Of a DNA stretch of 52,756 nt, positions 17,858 through 27,599 are shown piece after piece. The stretch covers positions 1-52,756 of IMG/VR virus record IMGVR_UViG_3300018063_000016. The stretch is one strand, 5' to 3'. Positions within the stretch are counted from its first letter, which is position 1. Each line of letters starts with the position of its first letter. This DNA comes from a virus. Its lineage: Duplodnaviria; Caudoviricetes. The position numbers and the translations under genes are program-made. The notes under the pieces are model-generated. The model was not told the DNA's origin, did not search any database, and saw only the letters and a program-made list of their open reading frames with translations.

Positions 17858-19026
17858 AGCCCGGTACCGCCCGCATCGAGAAGTTCCTCGGGCTGCGCTC
17901 GGACGTGGACCCGGAGCGCATGGCGATCGGCGACCTGATCGAAGCGCTCAACGTGCGACTGGACGAAAGCGGGCGCGCGCAGCGCCGGCCTGGCCGCACG
18001 TCGGTGCTGTCGGGCGTCACGCACTCGCTGTGGGGCGACGGCGAACGAGCGTTCGGCGTGATCGGCGGGGCGCTCAGGCGCATCAATGCCGACTACACGA
18101 CCATCACGCTCCTGTCGGGCCTGCCCGGCACGCCGCTGCACTACGAGCCGCTGAACGAGCGTGTTTACTGGACAAACGGGTTGCAGCTCGGGTGCATCGA
18201 GGGCAACACCAATCGCTCGTGGGGCCTTGAAGTGCCCCCGCGCATCCAGGCCACGCGCGTCGCCGGGCTGCTGCCCGCCGGGCGCTATCAGTACACCCTG
18301 ACGTACATGCGCGCGGACGCCCAGGAGGGCGGCGCAGGCCTGTCCAACGTCATCGACCTCGCGGCCGACAGCGGCCTGCAGATCGTCGCGCCCACCGCCA
18401 CCGACGTCACGCACGCCGTGCTGTACCTGTCCAAGGCGGGCAGCGAAGTCATGTACCGCGCCGCGGTGATCGCCGCCGGCGCCACGGGCAGCTATACCAA
18501 TTCGGGTATAGACCTCGTGAGCCCGCTCGGCACGCAGCACATGAGCCCGCCGGTGCCCGCCAGCGCGATCGCGTACCACGCGGGCCGCATGTGGCTCGGC
18601 GTGGGCGACTCGGTCGTGCCGAGCGCTGCGTTCAGCCCCGAGCTGTTCGACTACCGCGCCGAGCTCCCCGTGCAGGGTGAAGTTCGCATGCTCATGCCGC
18701 TGCGCAACGGCGCCGGCATGTTCGTCGGTACCAGCACGCACACCGCATTCCTGCCCGGGGGCGACCCCGCGGCCATGGAGCTGCGCCCGCGTCACAACGA
18801 GGGCGTCGTCGCCGGCGCGCTCGTGTACGTGCCGGGGAAGTACTTCGGCGAGGGCAAGGACGAGCAGGACATCCCCGTGTGGGCATCCCCGAAGGGGCTG
18901 TACGCGGGCATGTCGGACGGCTCGGTCGCTTCGCTCACCCACAAACGCCACCCGCTCGCGCTCACCGGACACGGCGCGGGCTACTTCGACGAGGACCTGA
19001 AAACAGTCCTGTTCAGCGCCGCTTAG
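17854..19026 (+). CDS. tail tubular/stabilisation protein (P22 gp10-like position)
   Basis: FLGL..EALNVRLD..G..RRPG start, propeller-like beta segments. Confidence 0.65.
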   Translation: MKPGTARIEKFLGLRSDVDPERMAIGDLIEALNVRLDESGRAQRRPGRTSVLSGVTHSLWGDGERAFGVIGGALRRINADYTTITLLSGLPGTPLHYEPLNERVYWTNGLQLGCIEGNTNRSWGLEVPPRIQATRVAGLLPAGRYQYTLTYMRADAQEGGAGLSNVIDLAADSGLQIVAPTATDVTHAVLYLSKAGSEVMYRAAVIAAGATGSYTNSGIDLVSPLGTQHMSPPVPASAIAYHAGRMWLGVGDSVVPSAAFSPELFDYRAELPVQGEVRMLMPLRNGAGMFVGTSTHTAFLPGGDPAAMELRPRHNEGVVAGALVYVPGKYFGEGKDEQDIPVWASPKGLYAGMSDGSVASLTHKRHPLALTGHGAGYFDEDLKTVLFSAA

Positions 19027-19087
19027 AGCGCCAAGACAACGAGTTTTTTAACCGCGGCAACGCCGCACAACGAGGGAGGGACACGCA

Positions 19088-19876
19088 ATGACCTTGCGTT
19101 ATTCAACAGGCCTGCGCAACCACCTGGCTGCGGGCGGCTCATTCAAATCCGCGTTCCAAAACGGACGCATCGAGATCTACACGGGTAGCCAGCCGGCTAC
19201 ACCCGAGACGGCCGTCAGCGGCACGCTCCTCGTGACGGTCACCAACAACAACGGCGCGCACACCGCCGAGGTACGCGCCACCGGCACGATCGCGCTCAAC
19301 ACCGGCGCGTCGGGTTCGATCGACACCTGCACGCTGGACGGCGTTTCGCTGATCGCAGCCGCGGTGCCGTTCAACACGTCGCTCGCGCAGACCGCTGCGG
19401 ATCTGGCCACCGCCATCAACGACCACGAGACGTACCTCAACGTCAAAGCGGAAGTGCTGTCCGGCTCGACCGTCACCGTCACCGCACCGCGCGGCGCCGG
19501 CGCGACCTTCAACGCCCTGGTACTCGCCAGCACGGTCACCACGCTGACGAAGACCGACGTGAACATGGGTTCCGTGGTCGCCGGCGTGACCCCGGTGAAC
19601 GGCCTGAAGTTCGGTACCGAAGCGTCGGGCGCGATCGCCAAGCTGGCGGCGCAGACCTGGGAAGGCACCAACGCCGCCGGCGGCACCGCGGGCTGGTACC
19701 GCATGTACGGGTCGGTCGCCGACACGGGCGCAGCGGACAGCTCGGGCGTGCACATCCGCGAGGACGGCGCCATCAGCACGTCGGGCCAGCAGCTCAACCT
19801 GACGGGCTCGACCACGCTGACCGCAGCGGCCAAGACGACCCTCAACACCTGGTCGCGCACGGTACCGGCAGCCTGA
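19088..19876 (+). CDS. virion structural protein
   Basis: MTLRYSTGLRN..IEIYTGSQP..GTAGWYR..REDG; GAGGGAGG SD. Confidence 0.75.
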   Translation: MTLRYSTGLRNHLAAGGSFKSAFQNGRIEIYTGSQPATPETAVSGTLLVTVTNNNGAHTAEVRATGTIALNTGASGSIDTCTLDGVSLIAAAVPFNTSLAQTAADLATAINDHETYLNVKAEVLSGSTVTVTAPRGAGATFNALVLASTVTTLTKTDVNMGSVVAGVTPVNGLKFGTEASGAIAKLAAQTWEGTNAAGGTAGWYRMYGSVADTGAADSSGVHIREDGAISTSGQQLNLTGSTTLTAAAKTTLNTWSRTVPAA

Positions 19877-19888
19877 TAGGTCGGGTCG

Positions 19889-21670
19889 ATGGACTCGACG
19901 GGCGACAGCAGCCAGATCCTATCCCCCATCACGGCCGACTCCACCGGCCTGGTGGGGCACCTTGCGACGTCGTCAGTCACGACGACGCTGGCGCTGCTCG
20001 CCTCGCTCACGGACACGGGCGTCACCGGGCAACCGGGTACGAGCGGCCTGTCGCTGCCGGCCATCACCGGCAGTGGGGAATCGTGGGCCCCCGTGCCCAT
20101 CCTGATCCCTACCGCGTCGAGCACCGGCGCGGCGGGTCGGGCGGGCACGTCCACCGAAACCCTTCCTGACATCATCGCGAGCTCGAGCGGCGCCACCACG
20201 GCGCCGGCGTCGAGCATCCAGACGCTGCCGTCGATCACGGCCAGCAGCACCGGCTACAGCCAGCGCATCGGCACGTCGACGCAGACGCTTTCGCCGATCA
20301 GCGCGGCAAGTACGGGTACCGCACCCGTTGTCGTGGTCGGTGGCTCATCGGCTGAGCTACCCGTCATCACCGCGACCGGCACCGGCCGCACCAACCGCAT
20401 CGGCACGTCGAGCGACATGCTGCCGGTGATCACCGCGGCCAGCACGGGCACCGCGCAGGGCGTGCGCACGGGCGTATCGAGCGCGACGCTACCCCTGATC
20501 ACAGCGACCGGCACGGGCGGCTCGCAGCGCTTCGGCACGTCCGCGCAGACCCTTGCGCCCCTGACCGCCGTCAGCGCCGGCGTCGCGCAGGGCAAGGTCC
20601 TGGGCAACTCGGCCGAGACGCTGCCGCTCATCGTGGCGGCCGGCAACGCGCTGGCGCAGCGCTTCGGCACGTCGGCCGACACCCTGCCTGCTATCACCGG
20701 CAATAGCACCGGGCGCCTGCAGCAGTTCGGCACGTCGACGCAGGCGCTGCCATCGATCACCGCGGCGTCCACCGGCACGCCAGCGGGCGTCAACGCCGGC
20801 GCCTCCGCTGAGACGATCCCGGCCCTGACCGCAACGGGCACGGGCTATTCCAGCCGAATCGGCGCCTCGAGCGAGACGCTTCCCGCCATCAGCGGGACGG
20901 GCGTCGCCGGCGGCGCGCTGGCCAGCTCGCAGCAGACGCTCCCGCTTTTCGAGGCGGCCGGTACCGGCATCACGCACCGCGTCGGCACGTCGACGCTCAC
21001 CCTGCCCATCGTCACCGGCACGGGTGGATCCACGCAAAGCACCTACGGTGCGTCCGAGCTCGTGCTGCCCATGTGGGACAGCGCGGCCGCGGGCGCATCC
21101 CTGTCGGGCTCGTCGATCCTCACCCTGCCCGCGTGGATCGCAGTCAGCACCGCCACGCTCGAGGACCTGACGCCGCCGGCGGCGGGTGCAGCCGCGCAGC
21201 AGGGGCAGACGTTCGCGATGAACACGCGCAGCTTTGCACTCGTCGGGGACACCAACAATGCCTTCAACTCCTACGCCCGACTCGGAACCGTCACCCTGGC
21301 AGCCAATGAGGATGGACTCTTTGTCGTCGGAGTGGCCGCCGCTACCGACAACGGAGTCGCCATCGACGCACGGCTGGTGTATCCGCTGCCGGATGACAAG
21401 GATGCGCAGCTTCGCCGCTGCGCGCGATTGGTCGTCGGCTACCGAACCGCCGGAGACCTGCGGCTGGCAGTGGAGGTTGATGGTGGCGATGCTTATGAGT
21501 ACGTTCTTGAAGCCACGGGCAACGACGCCTTCCACCCCAACCGGGTCAAGATCGGCAAGGGACTGAAGGGGCGCTACTGGCGCCACACGCTCGAGAACAT
21601 CGAGGGCGTCGACTTCGGCATCGACCGTATCGATTGCGACTGGGAAGTGCTCACGAGGCGCGTGCCATGA
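19889..21670 (+). CDS. repeat-rich tail protein
   Basis: ~21-23-aa SxxTLPxITAxxTG repeats; C-terminal RVKIGKGLKGRYW domain. Confidence 0.75.
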   Translation: MDSTGDSSQILSPITADSTGLVGHLATSSVTTTLALLASLTDTGVTGQPGTSGLSLPAITGSGESWAPVPILIPTASSTGAAGRAGTSTETLPDIIASSSGATTAPASSIQTLPSITASSTGYSQRIGTSTQTLSPISAASTGTAPVVVVGGSSAELPVITATGTGRTNRIGTSSDMLPVITAASTGTAQGVRTGVSSATLPLITATGTGGSQRFGTSAQTLAPLTAVSAGVAQGKVLGNSAETLPLIVAAGNALAQRFGTSADTLPAITGNSTGRLQQFGTSTQALPSITAASTGTPAGVNAGASAETIPALTATGTGYSSRIGASSETLPAISGTGVAGGALASSQQTLPLFEAAGTGITHRVGTSTLTLPIVTGTGGSTQSTYGASELVLPMWDSAAAGASLSGSSILTLPAWIAVSTATLEDLTPPAAGAAAQQGQTFAMNTRSFALVGDTNNAFNSYARLGTVTLAANEDGLFVVGVAAATDNGVAIDARLVYPLPDDKDAQLRRCARLVVGYRTAGDLRLAVEVDGGDAYEYVLEATGNDAFHPNRVKIGKGLKGRYWRHTLENIEGVDFGIDRIDCDWEVLTRRVP

Positions 21671-23466
21671 CGGACATGGCCGTGCGCAAGCGGTTTTTCA
21701 TCAACGGCGAGGCGCAGTCAGCGCAGCCGGTGCATGACCGCTACCTGAAAGCGGCGTACCTGCTGCTGGCCGACGTGAAGGCGAGCGGCGTTCCGCAGAA
21801 GGAGCGCCAGGTCGACCACAACCCGCTGGAAGTGAAGACCGAGCTGATCGGCGACACCACGCGCACGAGTTGGGTCGACGGCGCCACGTTGCGCGCGATC
21901 AGTCGCGCCGCCGGCGTCGACGAGATATGGATCGACGTGCGCTGGCACCACGTCGACACGACGCCCGGCGGCAAGGAAAAGCGCGGGCAGTACTTTTGGG
22001 TCGGCGCGCGCATCCACGAGGGCGAAGACGTCGACGACGAGCACCTGATCCTGCTCGTGTACGAGCCGGACGGCGCCAACGGCGAGCCGGGCGCGTTCCT
22101 GTCGACGTACCACTCGCACGACGCGCACCCGCCCCTGACCGGGCACACGTGGATCGGCGAGTCGAGCCGCTCCATGCCCGGCACGGGCCATTCGCAGGCG
22201 CAGTCCGCGGTCATGGTCACCGAGCACGGCATGTGGATGACCAGCGCTGACTGGGGCCGCGATCTGCACACCTGGGACGTGCCCAACTCGCACGGCAACG
22301 TCGACTGCTTCGACGCGCCGTGGATTCCCGACCCGAAGCAGACGCGCCCGCGCGAGCAGCGCTTTCGCTACGGCCTGGAGTACCCGCTGTGGACGCACAC
22401 GTGCACGGTTGATCCCGATCCGGGCGAGTGGCCCACCGACACCGGCGAGCGCAACGGCGTGGACCTGCTGCGCTTGGTGGAGATGTTCAAGTTTTTCAAC
22501 ATCGCCCCGATGGTGCTCGGCGGCAAGTACATCATCAAGGTGGGCATCGCGACCGCAGTGTGCGAGCCGACCGTCGTCGAAATCGAAGTACACGTCGGCA
22601 AAGCCCCGTGGACGATCAAGAAGCGCTGGCGTGTCACGATCGAGACGGGCAGCGACTACTTCCGGCTGCACAAGCCCTACGGCCAGCCCCCGCCCGACCC
22701 GGGGCTGCTGTACTGCCCGTTCGAAGTGGGAGCCAACCCGCACTGGCGCAATTGGTGGTCCGGTGCGATCGAGGTTGACGTTGCCGGCAGCGCGATCGTC
22801 GAGCCGGTCAAGCCGTACCTGCTGCCCTCGCACGGCTTCACGCCCGACGTGTGGCCGCGCGGGCTCGAGTGCGAAGTCAACTCGCCCGGGCAAGTCACCT
22901 TCGTGGGGCTGCTGTTCCCGACCTCGGGCGCCTACATCTCCCCGAGCATCCCGCTCAACGAAGTGATCGCGGTGGCGTCCATCACCTACGCCAACATGAC
23001 CGTGAATCAGGGCGCGCCGTACAGCATCTTCGGCGACCCGAACGAGTACCCGATCGCCGCCAACCGCGACAGCTGGGCCCCGCCGGTGGAAACCGGGTTG
23101 CCACTGCACCCCGACCTCGTCGAGCGGGCCGAGATCCTCGGTTCGGTCGGCGTCAGCGACGGCGTGCTCTACATGATCGTCACCAACTACGGCGTCGGCC
23201 CGGCGATCGTGGTCACTGCGACGGCCATCGACATGACCGACCTCGTGCTCAACGTCGGCGACTACTACGGCACGTTGTACGCGATGGGCGTGGCCGGCAT
23301 TGCTGCGGTGAACCCCGAGCTCACCAGCGCCAACCCCGAAGTCAGCCTGCGCGTGCCCGGCGCCTTCAGCGTGCTCGGCGTGATCCCCGACGAGGGGCTG
23401 CCCTGCCCCACCCCCAACGACATCGGTCAAGTGCCTTCGGCAGCCGTCGAAGTGCCCGTCACGTGA
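21667..23466 (+). CDS. hypothetical virion/tail protein
   Basis: ATGA coupling, GC3-rich, within the structural block. Confidence 0.75.
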   Translation: MTDMAVRKRFFINGEAQSAQPVHDRYLKAAYLLLADVKASGVPQKERQVDHNPLEVKTELIGDTTRTSWVDGATLRAISRAAGVDEIWIDVRWHHVDTTPGGKEKRGQYFWVGARIHEGEDVDDEHLILLVYEPDGANGEPGAFLSTYHSHDAHPPLTGHTWIGESSRSMPGTGHSQAQSAVMVTEHGMWMTSADWGRDLHTWDVPNSHGNVDCFDAPWIPDPKQTRPREQRFRYGLEYPLWTHTCTVDPDPGEWPTDTGERNGVDLLRLVEMFKFFNIAPMVLGGKYIIKVGIATAVCEPTVVEIEVHVGKAPWTIKKRWRVTIETGSDYFRLHKPYGQPPPDPGLLYCPFEVGANPHWRNWWSGAIEVDVAGSAIVEPVKPYLLPSHGFTPDVWPRGLECEVNSPGQVTFVGLLFPTSGAYISPSIPLNEVIAVASITYANMTVNQGAPYSIFGDPNEYPIAANRDSWAPPVETGLPLHPDLVERAEILGSVGVSDGVLYMIVTNYGVGPAIVVTATAIDMTDLVLNVGDYYGTLYAMGVAGIAAVNPELTSANPEVSLRVPGAFSVLGVIPDEGLPCPTPNDIGQVPSAAVEVPVT

Positions 23467-23477
23467 GTACCTGAACC

Positions 23478-26400
23478 ATGGCTATCGAAGAAACCGGCGC
23501 ACTAGAAGTCATCGACCGCACGCCTGCGGTCAGTGTCGACAGCACCGACCTTGTCACGTCGGGGTGGATCAACGCGACCGGCTACGCCGCCGCCGCGTTC
23601 GCCACCGCGCAGGACCACATCGCCAACCTGCAGGCGATCGGCACCGCGATCGCGGACGTGCCCGACGTGGAGCTCGAGCTCGAGCCGCTGACCGCCACCA
23701 TCGCCGCGTTCGTGCTGCCCGACACGCCGGTTGCGCCAGCCGACATCGCCCTGGCGGTGCCGCAGGCGCCCGTGGTGCCCACGCTCACCGCGGTCACGGC
23801 GCTCGACGCCGGCGACGCGCCCGTGTTCGACGCGGTGCTGCCCGCGATCAACCTCGACCTGCCGCGCCCCGCTGCGCTCACGCTCACGCTGCCCGCCGCG
23901 CCCGACCTGGCCGCGCCGCTCCTCGAGGAGGCGCCGGCCACTGTCGCGCTGGACGCGGTCGACGCGCTTGTCATCCCCGACGTGCCGGTGTTCGACGCGG
24001 TGCGCCCGACGATCGACCTCGACATCGCGGGCCCCGCGGCGCTGACCGCGGTCATCCCGATCGCCCCCACCATCACCGAGCTCGCGCTGCCCGACGCGCC
24101 GCCGGCGCTCGCGGTTGACGGCGTCGCCGCCCTCATAGTGGGTGACGCACCCGCTTTCACGGCAGCGCTGCCCGCCATCGACCTGAACATCGCGCGCCCG
24201 GCCGCCTTCGCCGCCCTGCTGCCGGTGGCGCCGGTGATCGCCGAGGCGGTCATGCCCGACGCGCCCGACGCGCTTGTCGTCGGCGCCGTCGACGCGCTTG
24301 TCGTCGGTACCGCGCCCGAGTTCACCGACACCCCGCCGGTGCTCGACCTGGCGATCGCGCGGCCCACGGGGCTCACGCTGACGCTGCCGGATGCCCCGGT
24401 GGTCAACGACCTCGTCATCCCGACCGCGCCGCTCGCGCCCGAGCTCGCCGACGTGTCGCCGCTGGCGATCGGCGCCGCGCCCGAGTTCACCGCCGTCGAG
24501 CCGGTGCTCAACCTCGACATCGCCGTGCCGGCCGCCCTGTCGGCGCTGGTACCGGTGGCGCCGGTGCTGGACGCGATCGTGGTACCGACAGCCGATGACC
24601 TCGTGCTGCCCGACGTGCCGACGCTGGCCGACCTCGTGATCCCGCCGGCGCCCACCCTGGCGCTGCCCGAGTTCACCGCCACGCTGGCCGACGTGCCCAC
24701 CGCGCCGGCCGTGTCGTTCGCGTTTGCCGAGGACACCTACGCGTCAACGCTGCTGACCGACTTGCGGGATCGCCTGCACGAATGGGTCAACGGGGCTGCC
24801 ACCGGGCTCGCGCCGGCGGTTGAGGACGGCATCTGGAACCGCATGCGCGACCGCGAGGAGCAAGCCGCGGCGCTCGGCACGGACGAAGTGCTGCGCCAGT
24901 TCGCGGTGCGCGGCTTCACGCGCCCGCCTGGCGCCCTGGCGATCGCGCTGCAGCGCACGCGCCAGCAGCTCAACGACAACCTCGTGAGCAGCTCGCGCGA
25001 AATCGCGATCGCGCAGGCCAACCTCGAGCAGACCAACCGGCGCTTCGCCTTCGAGCAGGCGTGGAGCGTCGAGTCGGGGCTCATCAACTACACGAGTCAG
25101 ATCGCCTCGCGCGCGCTGGACGCCGCGAAGTTCGCCGCCACCATCGGCATCGAAGTGTTCCGCGCGCAAGTGCTCGGCTACCAGGCCAGCGTGCAGGCGT
25201 TCCTCGCGCGGGCGGAAGTGTTCAAGGCGCTGGTGCAGGCCGAGCTCGCCAACCTCGAGGTTTTCAAAGCGCAGATCGAAGCGCAGCGACTCGTGGGGCA
25301 GATCAACGAGCAACAGGTCCTGCTGTACCGCGCGCGCATCGAGGCGGCCACGTCCGTCATCGAGCTGTTCAAGGCCCGCGTCGGTGCCGCACAGGCCAAC
25401 GCCGAAGTGCAGAAGACGCGCATCCAGGCGTTCGGCGAGGAAGTGCGCGCCTATGGCGAAGTGGTGAAGGCCAAGGCGAGCGAGTACGACGCCTACGCCA
25501 CCCAGGTCAAGGCCGAAGTGAGCAAAGCCGAGACGTTCAAGGTGCAGGCCGACGCCTTCAGCTCGCGCGTGCAGGGCTTCACCGCCGTGCTCAACGCCCG
25601 TTCGGAGGAGAAGAAAAGCGAAGTCGACATCCGCCAGCGCATCCCGCTGGAGCTGTTCAAGGCGCGCACCGAGGGGTTCCGCAACACGGTGCAGGCGCTG
25701 AGCGCCGCGACCGAAGTGGACCGCACCCGCGTGCAGTCCTACACCGCCCAGGTCAACGCGCAGGGCGAGCTCATCCGCGCTCGAGCGCTCGACGTGGACA
25801 TCTTCAAGGCGATCGTTGAAGCAGAACGCGCGAAGGCAGACACCTTCCGCCTGCAGGTCGACGCCTACAAGGGCCGCGTGGAGGCCTTCGTCGCCAACCT
25901 GAACGGCGCGATCGCCGCGAAGAACATCGAAGTCAAGCTCGCGACGGAAGTGCCCATCGAGGTACACAAGGCGCGCACCGCCGTGTACGAGGCGATGGTG
26001 CGCGCAGCGACCGCCGCGTCCGACCTTCAGCGCACCAAAGTGCAGGCCTACGCTGCAGAAGTTGACGCCTACGGCAAGCAGGTACAGGCCGGCACGTTGG
26101 AGATCGACGTGTTCAAGGCGCTCATCGACGCCGAGCGCGGCAAGGCCGACGTGTACCGCATCCAGACCGACGCCTACGGCAAGCAGGTCGACGCGTTCAA
26201 GGTCGTCAGCGACGTGGCGATCGCGGCCAAGAACATCGACGTGAAGCTCGCCACCGAGGTACCGATCGAAGTGAGCAAGGCGCGCACGGCGCTGTACGAG
26301 GCATCGGTACGCGCGAGCACGGCCATGGCCGAAGTGCAGCGCACGCGCGTGGAGGCCTACCGCGCCGAAGTGGGCGCGTTCGGCGAACAGGTGCGCGCGC

Positions 26401-27329
26401 GCGCCACCGACGTCGACGCCTACCGCGTGAGCGTCGAGGCGGAAGCCAAGAAGGCCGACATCTACCGCATCGACACCGAGGCCTACAAGGCGCGCGTGGA
26501 CGCGTTCGACGGGCTGGTGCGGGCGCTGGTGGCCGGCAAGACCTCGGAAATCGACGTGAAGCAGCGCATGCCGCTCGAGCTGCTCAAGGCACTCGTGGAA
26601 AGGTACCGCGCAAGCCTTGGCGGGGTCGATACCCTCGTGAAGGCCGAGGGGCTGAAGGTCGACAGGTACCGCGCCGAGCTCGAAGGGGTGGGCCGCGTGA
26701 TCCAGGCCGCCGGGGTGGACGCCGACATCTACAGGGCGTCGATCGAGGGGGAGAAGGGCAAGGCCGACGTGTACCGCGTGCAGGCGCAGGCCTACGACTC
26801 GCGCGTGCAGGCCTTCAAGGCTCAGGTCGAAGCGCTCGTCGCAGAAATCACGTCACAGATCGAAGTCAATCAACGCATGCCCATCGAGCTGTACAAGGCC
26901 CAGTCGCAGGGCTTCGAGTCGCTCGTGAAGGCCGAAACGGAGCGCGTGCGTGCCCTGGCCAACGTGTACGAAGTGGACGGCAAGGTCTTCGAGTCAATGG
27001 TGCGCGGGGAGTCGTCGCGCGTCGAATCGGAAACCGAGGTCTACAAGGCATCGGCCGACGTGTCGATGAAGACGGGGGAGCTGCGCCTGAAGGCCGCGGA
27101 AGTGAACATCGACCGGCTGCGCGCACAGATCCAGCTGCTGGTTGCCGCGGTCACCGCCGGTACCGAAGCGTCGTCGCGCGTCGCTGCGGCCGCGCTGTCG
27201 CAGATCAACCTGTCGGGCGGCATCCACCACGGCACGAGCGCGAACAACAGCACGAGCAACACGAGCAGCGTCAGCTCCTCGCACTCGGGCAACTTCAGCG
27301 TCAACCACAACTACAACCATTCGGACTGA
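23478..27329 (+). CDS. large virion protein with Pro-rich and coiled-coil repeat arrays
   Basis: Five 55-aa Pro-rich repeats, central RGF..PPGAL domain, five 103-aa helical repeats. Confidence 0.85.
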   Translation: MAIEETGALEVIDRTPAVSVDSTDLVTSGWINATGYAAAAFATAQDHIANLQAIGTAIADVPDVELELEPLTATIAAFVLPDTPVAPADIALAVPQAPVVPTLTAVTALDAGDAPVFDAVLPAINLDLPRPAALTLTLPAAPDLAAPLLEEAPATVALDAVDALVIPDVPVFDAVRPTIDLDIAGPAALTAVIPIAPTITELALPDAPPALAVDGVAALIVGDAPAFTAALPAIDLNIARPAAFAALLPVAPVIAEAVMPDAPDALVVGAVDALVVGTAPEFTDTPPVLDLAIARPTGLTLTLPDAPVVNDLVIPTAPLAPELADVSPLAIGAAPEFTAVEPVLNLDIAVPAALSALVPVAPVLDAIVVPTADDLVLPDVPTLADLVIPPAPTLALPEFTATLADVPTAPAVSFAFAEDTYASTLLTDLRDRLHEWVNGAATGLAPAVEDGIWNRMRDREEQAAALGTDEVLRQFAVRGFTRPPGALAIALQRTRQQLNDNLVSSSREIAIAQANLEQTNRRFAFEQAWSVESGLINYTSQIASRALDAAKFAATIGIEVFRAQVLGYQASVQAFLARAEVFKALVQAELANLEVFKAQIEAQRLVGQINEQQVLLYRARIEAATSVIELFKARVGAAQANAEVQKTRIQAFGEEVRAYGEVVKAKASEYDAYATQVKAEVSKAETFKVQADAFSSRVQGFTAVLNARSEEKKSEVDIRQRIPLELFKARTEGFRNTVQALSAATEVDRTRVQSYTAQVNAQGELIRARALDVDIFKAIVEAERAKADTFRLQVDAYKGRVEAFVANLNGAIAAKNIEVKLATEVPIEVHKARTAVYEAMVRAATAASDLQRTKVQAYAAEVDAYGKQVQAGTLEIDVFKALIDAERGKADVYRIQTDAYGKQVDAFKVVSDVAIAAKNIDVKLATEVPIEVSKARTALYEASVRASTAMAEVQRTRVEAYRAEVGAFGEQVRARATDVDAYRVSVEAEAKKADIYRIDTEAYKARVDAFDGLVRALVAGKTSEIDVKQRMPLELLKALVERYRASLGGVDTLVKAEGLKVDRYRAELEGVGRVIQAAGVDADIYRASIEGEKGKADVYRVQAQAYDSRVQAFKAQVEALVAEITSQIEVNQRMPIELYKAQSQGFESLVKAETERVRALANVYEVDGKVFESMVRGESSRVESETEVYKASADVSMKTGELRLKAAEVNIDRLRAQIQLLVAAVTAGTEASSRVAAAALSQINLSGGIHHGTSANNSTSNTSSVSSSHSGNFSVNHNYNHSD

Positions 27330-27332
27330 GCG

Positions 27333-27560
27333 ATGTATTCGATCGACGGCTTCGACGACACGCCCCACTACGGGCAGAACAGCGACCCCAACCGGGGTTA
27401 CCCGACGCGTACCGCGTACGACCTCGCGCGAGCGCAAGCGGGGCGCCCGACGATCCGCGGCGGGCAAGCCGTGGTGCGCGCGGGCAAGACGATGCAGGAG
27501 CGCTTGGACGGCGCACTCGACCCCGTCTCGTCGATGTTCAGCTACACGATCGACCGCTGA
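27333..27560 (+). CDS. hypothetical protein
   Basis: Fills the gap in the operon, GC3-rich. Confidence 0.6.
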   Translation: MYSIDGFDDTPHYGQNSDPNRGYPTRTAYDLARAQAGRPTIRGGQAVVRAGKTMQERLDGALDPVSSMFSYTIDR

Positions 27561-27599
27561 CGCAGCACACACAACACACACGACACACGAGGGAGCGAC

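Noticed and set aside
21234-21566. +1-frame ORF over a low-GC3 patch in the tail gene
   Set aside because: Ser/Pro/Thr-rich, no convincing SD; the main frame encodes a conserved-looking domain here
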